24,000 nucleotides of DNA from Candidatus Woesearchaeota archaeon (GCA_026002815.1 BPGB01000004.1:106676-130675); one strand, 5' to 3'; shown: positions 15,942 to 23,941, counted from the first letter of the stretch. The notes: generated by a model not told the origin, from the sequence alone. A program made the numbers and translations.

Positions 15942-18900
15942 ATGTTAAAAAATAAAATAATAAAATCAGAATTTAAAAAAATAAAAATAGGGCGAAATTT
16001 ATGGCGGAACTTAATAAAAAGTATCATATTAGTTATATTTATATTATTATCATTATTGACTTCTTTGTTCTATGTTTCAGGATTATTCATAAACAATCCA
16101 GAAATAAATCCTGGAATTACCACTATATACACTGATCAAGATCTTGAATGTAGATGGATGATAGATGTTAGCACAGAATCCAATGTTACTTGGTATGTAA
16201 ATAATGTTGTTAATAAAACATATAGTAGAATGTGTAATGCAGGCATTGAATGTTTAACAGAGGGAGCAGGTAATATACCTCAATCATTAACAGTAAAAGG
16301 CCAGTCATGGACTTGTTCAGTTGTTTATTTTAATGGCACTAGCTTAGAGGAAAAGAATGATACAATAACAATTCAAGATTCAGTTCCTACCATTCCTTTG
16401 ATTTATTTTGAAAACGGTACACAAATAAATAATGGAACAATAGTTGAAATATCTGAAGATAGCACTACAATGTTTATATTAAATTCTACTGATGCAGATA
16501 ATGATGTTATAATATATACTCTTCAGTCAAATACTGCTAATTGTTCTATAAATCCAGTAACAGGTTATATAACATGTATGCCTTATGATGAATCGCATGT
16601 TGGATTGAAAGAACTTCGCTTTAGATCTGAAGACTCAATTAGTGGTGCGACTAGGGGATATGTTAATTTAACATTGAATGTAACCCCAAATAATGATCCT
16701 CCTTATTTTAGTCCAGCACTAACATATCAGCACGTTTATGAGGGTCAGCCTTTAAATTATGTAATACACGGTTCTGATCCTGAAAATGACGTTCCTTTTA
16801 CTTTCTTCATACAGTCTGATCTTTCTAGTCTAATTATAGTACAGTTGAACAGCACATCTGCTGAAATAAGGTTCAACAATTCTGGAATGAATTTAGCACA
16901 GTTTAACGATAAAGGAAATCACACTATTACGGTGATAATAAATGATTCAGGAACTCCTATAAGAGGAAACCAATCAAGCTTTATATTAGAAGTAACTCCT
17001 ATAAATCACAAGCCAAATATGACTATAACTGTTATAAATCCAGATAGTTTAATACAAGGAAGTTCTCTTACAATATTAGTTAACGCTACAGATTTAGATA
17101 ATGATACAATAACATTTTCTACGAGTAATATCCAATTATATAATATTACATACAGTTCAACAAATAAGTCTGATCCCAGTGGCGTAAGTTTTGCAAATGC
17201 AACAATTCATGTTGATGTATTAACAAATGATCATGTAATCAATCGTAATATTACAATATCTGCATTCGATGGAAAAGAAAATTATTCTATCAATATTCTT
17301 TTAAATATAACTAATGTGAATGATGCGCCGATTATTCATGATATAAGTACTGCTCCTATTAACACTTTAAATAATTCTAATATAAGTAATCTTACTGCAT
17401 ATACAGGGGTTCTTTTTAGATATGCTGTTAATGCAACTGATATAGACAAATTAACATACGCAGGCGATAATCTAACATATTATTCGAATGATACTAATTT
17501 TAATATAGATAATGTCTCTGGAGTTTTAAGCTTTATAAGTAATCAAGTAGGAACATACTATGTTAGTATAAATGTAACAGATTCTGGTGGTTTATCTGAT
17601 GAAAAGACGGCAATAATAAACATATATCCAAATACAAACCCTTATTTTAATGGATCACTAGTATTTAATTGTGCAGAATATGATCCTGACAATTATCCTT
17701 TTAATTGTTCATTAAACTTGAGTAATTATGTTGGAGATGCAGATTTAGGAGACTATGTTAGTAACTTTTGGACTAATAGCACAATATTTTCAATAAATGA
17801 ATCTACAGGAATAATAAGTTTTGTCGCAAATCAATCCATGTTAGGAAATTATTCAATATTAGTTAATATCACAGATTCAAGAGGAGGAATGAATAGCACT
17901 ATAATGCAGTTATTGATAAACAATACAAACAATAAGCCAGTAATGGTAGAAACTTCTGCACCCTCTGGAAGAATAATTGTTGGAGATTCATATACTTATG
18001 GAATAATTGCAAATGATTCAGACTTATACCTTAATAATTCTTACGAAAATTTATCATTTAATTATTCTGTGGTAGGTCCGAACGCATCTATATTTTCTAT
18101 AGAAAAAGTTTCAGACAATAGTGCTGTTTTAAGAATAAATCCAACAACACCTCAACACGCAGGAAGTTATAATGTAACAATAACTGTTTATGATTATTAT
18201 AATAACATGACTAATACAACAATAAATATTTTTGTTTATAACATTACCTCACCTCCAAATATAACTATGATAACTCCATTCGGAACACCTATAAATTCTG
18301 ATTCTGTAAATACTTCTTGGATTAATACCTCACAAGTAGGATTAAACACCACAATAACAATATATGAGAATACAACATATTTATTTAATCATACAACAAC
18401 ATATGATATTTCTTATCCAAATTTTTTAAACTACAAATGGTATTATGATGGTTCTTTAGTAGGGACTTCTTATGAGTATAGCAAATATTTTGATTTCTTT
18501 TCATCAGGAAATCATAACATAACACTAATAGTAACAGATGATTTCAACAAGAGCGCATCGTTTAATTGGAATATAGTTATTATAAATGTTAATAGGCCTG
18601 TTGTTTTAATTAATCCGTTAACTAATTTAACAGGTCTTAATGCTGTTAATGGGACAACAACATATTCAAATTATATGACGTATTATTCTTCTCAAGTAAA
18701 ATTTTATGATCCTGACGATGATATTAATACTAATGGGGTTGTTGAAAGTAGCGAGAACACTATAATTTACTCAGTGACAAGCTGTCCATATGCAGCATTT
18801 ACTTTCATAAATAATTCTTTAAAAGTTCAGAGTTTAAGTATTGGCAGTTGTATTGTGAATTTTACTGCAACAGATTCAATGAATAATTCAATAAATGTAA

Positions 18901-19700
18901 CTTCCTATGATGTATTAGTAAATGTTACATATGTAAGTAATGAAACAATACCACAGGTTGTGCCAGTAACAAATCGTGGAGGAGGTGGTGGAGCAAGCAG
19001 AACTGTAACTATTCCCATACCAGAAGAAATAGAGAAACCTAAACCCTTAGAAATAATAACTCCAAAATTAGTTACCATATACAGAAATGCCACAGTCGTT
19101 GTTCCTATTGTTTTAAACAATACATGGAATGATACTCTAGAGGGAGTAACGTTAACTGCTCAAACAAATGCAAGTAATGTTTCAATATCATTAGACAGAA
19201 CATATTTTTCAAGAATCTTTAAGAATAAAACAGAAGAAGTAACATTAACTATAAGTAATTACAAGAGCGAAGGACATTATGAAATACAAGTTAAGGCGAA
19301 TGTTGTAAATCCAGATTTTACTGATACAGCAACAATATATGTTAATTCTGCAGACACTAGTTCAGAAGGGGAAACATTAGATACTAAGATAAGTTTTGCA
19401 AGAGATTTGTTAAGCAGTAATCCTGAATGTCAAGAATTAACAGAATTATTAAATCAAGCCAAGAGGGAATTATCGTTAAATAATTATGAGGGAACAGCCA
19501 AACTAGTTGATAGTGTTATTAATGGATGTAAATACTTAGTTAGTTCTAAATCACAAGTAGAAAAGCCAAGCAGAGATGTTATAAAAAGATTTGTGTGGAA
19601 AGAAAAATATAACGAGTATATCGTAGTTGGAGTGTTTGTAGTTCTATTTTTTGCTGCATTAGTATATATTATTAGAAGAGATAAAGAGCAAGAAGTGTGA
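15942..19700 (+). CDS. Giant (1252 aa) surface protein: N-terminal signal/anchor, ~8-10 cadherin/Ig-like repeats, Gly5 hinge, S-layer/CARDB-like domain and C-terminal TM anchor
   Basis: The N-terminal anchor is SIILVIFILLSLLTSLFYV. Repeat linkers are NNDPPYF, INHKPNM, VNDAPIIH, NTNPYFNG and NNKPVMV, followed by NRGGGGGASRT. The C-terminus is YIVVGVFVVLFFAALVYIIRRDKEQEV. My manual count gives roughly 70 N-x-S/T sequons. Confidence 0.9.
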   Translation: MLKNKIIKSEFKKIKIGRNLWRNLIKSIILVIFILLSLLTSLFYVSGLFINNPEINPGITTIYTDQDLECRWMIDVSTESNVTWYVNNVVNKTYSRMCNAGIECLTEGAGNIPQSLTVKGQSWTCSVVYFNGTSLEEKNDTITIQDSVPTIPLIYFENGTQINNGTIVEISEDSTTMFILNSTDADNDVIIYTLQSNTANCSINPVTGYITCMPYDESHVGLKELRFRSEDSISGATRGYVNLTLNVTPNNDPPYFSPALTYQHVYEGQPLNYVIHGSDPENDVPFTFFIQSDLSSLIIVQLNSTSAEIRFNNSGMNLAQFNDKGNHTITVIINDSGTPIRGNQSSFILEVTPINHKPNMTITVINPDSLIQGSSLTILVNATDLDNDTITFSTSNIQLYNITYSSTNKSDPSGVSFANATIHVDVLTNDHVINRNITISAFDGKENYSINILLNITNVNDAPIIHDISTAPINTLNNSNISNLTAYTGVLFRYAVNATDIDKLTYAGDNLTYYSNDTNFNIDNVSGVLSFISNQVGTYYVSINVTDSGGLSDEKTAIINIYPNTNPYFNGSLVFNCAEYDPDNYPFNCSLNLSNYVGDADLGDYVSNFWTNSTIFSINESTGIISFVANQSMLGNYSILVNITDSRGGMNSTIMQLLINNTNNKPVMVETSAPSGRIIVGDSYTYGIIANDSDLYLNNSYENLSFNYSVVGPNASIFSIEKVSDNSAVLRINPTTPQHAGSYNVTITVYDYYNNMTNTTINIFVYNITSPPNITMITPFGTPINSDSVNTSWINTSQVGLNTTITIYENTTYLFNHTTTYDISYPNFLNYKWYYDGSLVGTSYEYSKYFDFFSSGNHNITLIVTDDFNKSASFNWNIVIINVNRPVVLINPLTNLTGLNAVNGTTTYSNYMTYYSSQVKFYDPDDDINTNGVVESSENTIIYSVTSCPYAAFTFINNSLKVQSLSIGSCIVNFTATDSMNNSINVTSYDVLVNVTYVSNETIPQVVPVTNRGGGGGASRTVTIPIPEEIEKPKPLEIITPKLVTIYRNATVVVPIVLNNTWNDTLEGVTLTAQTNASNVSISLDRTYFSRIFKNKTEEVTLTISNYKSEGHYEIQVKANVVNPDFTDTATIYVNSADTSSEGETLDTKISFARDLLSSNPECQELTELLNQAKRELSLNNYEGTAKLVDSVINGCKYLVSSKSQVEKPSRDVIKRFVWKEKYNEYIVVGVFVVLFFAALVYIIRRDKEQEV

Positions 19701-19702
19701 AA

Positions 19703-19722
19703 TTTTTATTACCTGTTTTTTT
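19703..19722 (+). terminator. Oligo-T tracts (T5, T7) after the giant gene: putative archaeal intrinsic terminator
   Basis: TTTTT at 19703-19707 and TTTTTTT at 19716-19722. These are not distinctive in this AT-rich background. Confidence 0.25.
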
Positions 19723-19827
19723 AATATATTATTACTTGTTTTTCTTTTAATATATCTTTTTTTACGATTTATTTTATGTTTTTTTTTAATATTTTTTATT
19801 TTTAATGTTTTTTAATATTTCATAATA

Positions 19828-20355
19828 TTACTTTTTGGAGATTATTTTATTATATAAATCGTAAAGTGTTATATATATTTTGGTTTTTTTATCATAATCA
19901 AAACTATCATATAAGGAAAGAGCTCTTAAATAAAATATTTTTGAAGTTTCTATTTTGCCAGAATATAAATATTCATAAGACATCTCTATATATTCTTTTA
20001 TTTTTATAATCTCAGGATCATCATCTTCTAAAATTATTGAATTTTTGTTATACCCTCTCTCACCATATTTATTATACTCTTGATTTGTAAGTGTTTCTTT
20101 TTTTTCTTCAACTTCATCTTCTGATGCAAGGAACAGATTATTTGAAAATTCTGAGTCAACGTTCAATGTATTTGTTTTAGTACTTTTTCTGGATTCTGTT
20201 ATGAATTCTTTTTGGAGTTCTTCTTTCATTAATTCATTATTTTCCTTTACTGATTCAATATTTAATTTTGGCAACGCATCTTCTTCTATTTTTTCTGTAT
20301 GGTTTTTTTTGGGTGTTTTCTTTATTTTTTCCCCTTTTTCCAAATATTTTTTCAA
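19828..20355 (-). CDS. Hypothetical K/E-rich protein, C-terminal fragment; paralogue of the 624-aa protein's tail end
   Basis: The apparent start is a TTG inside a 101-nt overlap with the upstream ORF. The C-terminus SKIFYLRALSLYDSFDYDKKTKIYITLYDLYNKI resembles AKNLYKELLDEYNRLSHEKKAELYDEMMTVYNII at the end of the 624-aa protein. Confidence 0.6.
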   Translation of the reverse strand: MKKYLEKGEKIKKTPKKNHTEKIEEDALPKLNIESVKENNELMKEELQKEFITESRKSTKTNTLNVDSEFSNNLFLASEDEVEEKKETLTNQEYNKYGERGYNKNSIILEDDDPEIIKIKEYIEMSYEYLYSGKIETSKIFYLRALSLYDSFDYDKKTKIYITLYDLYNKIISKK

Positions 20356-20728
20356 AAAAAGATACTTTAGATTCTTTTTCCAGGTCTATTATTAATTGAG
20401 ATATTAAATCTTTAAAATCGTTAAGTATTCTTTTCTTTTCTTCATTACTCAATTCATGATCAGAATTATATTCTAGAAGAGATAAGTCTTCTAACATTTT
20501 ATCTATTCTTTTTTTCAATGCCTGTTTAATGAATATTTTATTTAATTCTTGACTTAGTTCTTCGTATGTGAACTCGTATTCAAGTTTAAGAAAGTCTGCA
20601 AAAAATTTTCTTATTAAGGAGTATAGCTCTTTATCAGATATCTCTTTATCAATAATTGAAGATATCTTTTCAGAATATACTTTTTTTATATTACTTCTTC
20701 TCTCTAACTCTGACACCTCTTTTTCCAT
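20255..20728 (-). CDS. Hypothetical helical protein, N-terminal fragment; paralogue of the 624-aa protein's tail start
   Basis: KELYSLIRKFFADFLKLEYEFTYEELSQELNKI...IDKMLEDLSLLEY resembles KEFQYYINQLVNLFFVELLGLEIVNYEKVKLSIKKI...LEDMLLDFYKNM in the 624-aa tail. The last ~30 codons (GKRGKNKENTQKKPYRKNRRRCVAKIKY) look out of frame. Confidence 0.6.
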   Translation of the reverse strand: MEKEVSELERRSNIKKVYSEKISSIIDKEISDKELYSLIRKFFADFLKLEYEFTYEELSQELNKIFIKQALKKRIDKMLEDLSLLEYNSDHELSNEEKKRILNDFKDLISQLIIDLEKESKVSFFEKIFGKRGKNKENTQKKPYRKNRRRCVAKIKY

Positions 20729-20793
20729 AATAAAAATACCAATTAATATATATATAAATTTTGTTATTTTGGCTAAATTGTTTTTTATTTTTA

Positions 20794-20856
20794 CTTATAT
20801 TTTTATTTATACTGCTTATATTTTTATTTATACTGCTTATATTTTTATTTATATTA
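20794..20856. repeat. 21-bp tandem repeat x3 (CTTATATTTTTATTTATACTG)
   Basis: Units 20794-20814 and 20815-20835 are identical. Unit 20836-20856 differs in its last 3 nt. The array lies in the divergent intergenic region between 20728 (-) and 21001 (+). Confidence 0.95.
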
Positions 20857-21000
20857 TTTATATTATTTTTATTTTATATTATTTATATTATTTTATGTGT
20901 TATTATGTTATTTGGTAATCCATAAACTGTATTAAAAAAGAATTAAAAACAAAATATATTTAAATAACAATAGTCAATAGTCTTAAAAAAGAGGTGTTTG

Positions 21001-22011
21001 ATGCATTCTGACTATAGTAGGCCTACAAAGGATAAAGAATTTGATGAGCTTTTAAAAAAGTATAGTTTACAATTTAAGATTATAAAAGAGGAAATGGCAA
21101 AAGTCATAGTAGGTCAGACAGAAATAATAAACAGTTTAATAGAAGCATTATTATGTAATGGTCATGTTTTAGTTGAGGGTGTTCCAGGAATAGCAAAGAC
21201 TATGACTGTAAGGACTCTTTCTACAATAACAGGAGGTCAGTTTTCAAGAATTCAATTTACTCCTGATTTGCTTCCTACAGACATTATAGGAATAACCACT
21301 TATGAAGAGGGCAGAGGATTCTATTCTGTTAAAGGACCTATATTTGCTAATTTTGTTCTTGCAGATGAGATAAATAGGGCCCCTCCAAAAGTACAGTCTG
21401 CCCTTTTAGAAGCAATGCAGGAACGTCAAGTAACTATAGGAAAAGAATCTTTCGCATTACCAAACCCTTTTTTCGTAATGGCAACACAGAATCCAATAGA
21501 GAGTTTGGGAACCTATAAACTGCCAGAAGCTCAGATAGATAGATTTATGTTCAAGCTTCAAATGAATTATCCTAATATTGAAGATGAATTAAAAATACTC
21601 CATCAGAATGTCACATTAAAAAGGTTTGAGGACTTTAAACTAAATGTCGTTATTAATCCTGAAACAATATTGAAAGCACAGCAAGATGTTAAAAGAATAT
21701 ATTTAGATAAAAAAGTAGAGAAGTACATAGTAAGCATTGTAGAATCAACAAGGAATCCTGAAAAGTATAAACTTGAGACAGGAAAATTCATAGAATATGG
21801 AACTTCTCCAAGGTCAAGTATTGCTTTATTTATAGCCTCGAAGGCCCATGCACTAGTCAAGGGTAAAGGTTTTGTAACTCCTATGGATGTAAAAGAGGTT
21901 GCACACAATGTTCTTAGACATAGAATAATATTAAATTATGAAGGTCAAGCAGAAGAGATATCTACTGATAAGATAATAGATGAAATACTTAAAAAAGTTC
22001 CTATTGAGTGA
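21001..22011 (+). CDS. MoxR-family AAA+ ATPase
   Basis: Walker A is EGVPGIAKT and Walker B is FVLADEINRAPPKVQSALLEAMQE, followed by VMATQNPIE..G.Y.LPEAQIDRF. The ATG at 21001 is preceded by GAGGTG; the track begins at TTG 20998. Confidence 0.95.
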   Translation: MHSDYSRPTKDKEFDELLKKYSLQFKIIKEEMAKVIVGQTEIINSLIEALLCNGHVLVEGVPGIAKTMTVRTLSTITGGQFSRIQFTPDLLPTDIIGITTYEEGRGFYSVKGPIFANFVLADEINRAPPKVQSALLEAMQERQVTIGKESFALPNPFFVMATQNPIESLGTYKLPEAQIDRFMFKLQMNYPNIEDELKILHQNVTLKRFEDFKLNVVINPETILKAQQDVKRIYLDKKVEKYIVSIVESTRNPEKYKLETGKFIEYGTSPRSSIALFIASKAHALVKGKGFVTPMDVKEVAHNVLRHRIILNYEGQAEEISTDKIIDEILKKVPIE

Positions 22012-22328
22012 GTTCTAAAATGCCAATAAACAAATTTGAAGCAGAACTTCTTCCTAAGATAAGGAAATTAGATGTATATGCAAAACAACAAGCTTTAAGT
22101 GAAGTAATAGAAGGAAACTGGACAACAACCTTTAAGGGTCATGGAATGGAGTTTTCTGGTTATAGAACCTATCAATATGGGGATGATGCTAGTTTAATCG
22201 ATTGGAAGGCGTCTTTAAGGTCTAAAAGTTTGCTCGTTAAAGAATATGAGCAAGAAAAAAGTGTTAATGTATTTTTCTTATTTGATGTAAGCAATAGTAT
22301 TGGTTGTTCAGTTCAACAAGAAAATTAA
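22008..22328 (+). pseudogene. DUF58 domain protein, fragment 1 of 3 (frameshifted)
   Basis: Contains GHGMEFSGYRTYQYGDDASLIDWKASLRSKSLLVKEYEQEKSVNVFFLFDVSNS, the DUF58 core. The family sequence then continues in another frame. Confidence 0.8.
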
Positions 22329-22433
22329 AAGCAGAATTTGGCGCAGAATTGGTTTCAAGTTTAGCATTCGCAATATTAAGAAGTGGTGATGCTGTTGGTT
22401 TAAGTATGGTTCACTGATAGATTAGTAACCAGA

Positions 22434-22676
22434 ATGCCTTTAAATGTTGGAAGAAAAATGCACTATATGATTGTTAAAGACTTGAGTAATGTTAATAATT
22501 ATGGCGGAAACTTTGATTTTGGAAGATCACTTAACTTATTATTCTCTTTCTTAAAGATGCGTGCGGTAATAATTATTATTTCAGACTTTATAGGACTAAG
22601 TGAAAATTGGTATAAATATCTAAGAATAGCATCACAAAAATACGAGGTTATAGGTATAATGGTTAGAGATCCCTAG
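22434..22676 (+). pseudogene. DUF58 domain protein, fragment 2 of 3
   Basis: Contains RAVIIIISDFIGLSENWYKYLRIASQKYEVIGIMVRDP, the typical DUF58 SDF...h.V.DP block. The open frame extends upstream to VWFTDRLVTR. Confidence 0.8.
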
Positions 22677-22710
22677 AGACAGACGCCTTCCTGAAGAATT
22701 AGGACAATAT

Positions 22711-22920
22711 ATGCTTGAAGATCCTTACACTGGAGAGAGAATATATATTGATACAAAAAGGTATTCAAAAGCATATGAAGAATATGTTGCTAAGGAAGAA
22801 GCCGAAATAGAAAAACATTTTAAGGCAACAAAATCAGATTTATTAAAATTAGATACTAGCAAAGACTTTTATAAAGATGTAATGACTTTTTTCAAGAGAA
22901 GAGCATTAACACATAGGTAA
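22711..22920 (+). pseudogene. DUF58 domain protein, fragment 3 of 3
   Basis: The frame is open from IPRDRRLPEELGQYMLEDPYTGERIYIDT, which is the DUF58 P-x-E-x-x-LP-x-x-G...D-x-E-T-G block. Confidence 0.8.
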
Positions 22921-22984
22921 GTTAGTTTATTAGATGGTTATTAATCGTTTATTTTATTAGAAGGTTATTTTATTAGGTGGTTTA

Positions 22985-23941
22985 ATGTATTTAACATTTG
23001 ATAATCCGGAATATTTATGGTACCTTTTTAGTATTCCTGTTCTAATAGTTAGTCATTATGCTTTCTTGAAGTATAGTAGAAGAAGGGCAATTCGTTTTGC
23101 AAATTTTGAAGCATTAAAGAAAGTGACTAATCAGAGTATAATGACTAAAAATAATACAATTTTGCTTATTAGAATGGTAATATTGTTCTTTTTAATTCTT
23201 GCAATAGCCGGAACTAAGTTATGGTATGAGGGATATACTAACGAGAATGATTTCGTAATAGCAATAGATACTAGCTCCTCAATGTCCTCAGCAGATTTGA
23301 AACCAAACAGGCTTGATGCTTCAAAAGCATATGCAAAAGAATTCACTAATAGAATAGGTTTAGATTCTCAAATAGGTTTAATATCTTTTTCAGGAGCATC
23401 ATTCGTTGAGAGGGTTCCAACTAGAAATAAAGAATTTGTAAAATCTGCTATAGATAATATTGATTTCGCTCATGTTGGTGGAACAAACATTCCTGATGCA
23501 CTAGTTACAGGTACAAATCTGCTTCTCTCTTCAGAAAAGGGTAGAACTTTAATATTATTATCTGATGGAAGCAATACTGCATCTTATTTTATAAAGGATC
23601 CAATAGGAGAGGGAATAAAATATGCACAGAACAATAATGTAAAGGTTTATACTATCGGTGTAGGTAGCGATACTGGTCCTATAGGATATCTTCCCGAATA
23701 TTATAACATAAGCGCAGTTTATGATGAAAATACTTTACTCAGAATTGCTAATGAAACGGGCGGAAAATATTATGATGCAAAAAACAATGACCAATTAAGA
23801 GCGGCATTTGATGATATAGCAGCTGCAAGTAATGAGGCTTTCATAAGCATCGACCTAGGACCTGGTTTATTAATTATTACATTAGCATTATTATTCTTAG
23901 AATGGGGCTTAATATCTACAAGATTCAGAGCATTACCATAA
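22985..23941 (+). CDS. VWA domain membrane protein (BatA-like)
   Basis: An N-terminal TM pair (YLFSIPVLIVSHYAF and LIRMVILFFLILAIAG) is present. The MIDAS motif is AIDTSSSMS, followed by GGTNIPDAL and LILLSDGSNT. A C-terminal TM helix and an AGGTGG SD are also present. Confidence 0.9.
   Translation: MYLTFDNPEYLWYLFSIPVLIVSHYAFLKYSRRRAIRFANFEALKKVTNQSIMTKNNTILLIRMVILFFLILAIAGTKLWYEGYTNENDFVIAIDTSSSMSSADLKPNRLDASKAYAKEFTNRIGLDSQIGLISFSGASFVERVPTRNKEFVKSAIDNIDFAHVGGTNIPDALVTGTNLLLSSEKGRTLILLSDGSNTASYFIKDPIGEGIKYAQNNNVKVYTIGVGSDTGPIGYLPEYYNISAVYDENTLLRIANETGGKYYDAKNNDQLRAAFDDIAAASNEAFISIDLGPGLLIITLALLFLEWGLISTRFRALP

Noticed and set aside
13487-20728. Integrated virus or genomic island using tRNA-Ser as its attachment site.
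   Set aside because: There is no integrase or recombinase gene. I found no duplicated tRNA fragment (att repeat) anywhere in the window, and no viral hallmark genes. Adjacency to the tRNA alone is insufficient.
18905-23346. Antisense ORFs 18905-19120 (-), 20201-20395 (+), 20568-20918 (+), 21603-21908 (-) and 23131-23346 (-).
   Set aside because: Each lies opposite a well-supported gene. ORF 20568-20918 also runs through the 21-bp tandem repeat, which produces its IFIYTAYIFIYTAY text. ORF 18905-19120 merely reads the Gly-codon island as PPPPP.
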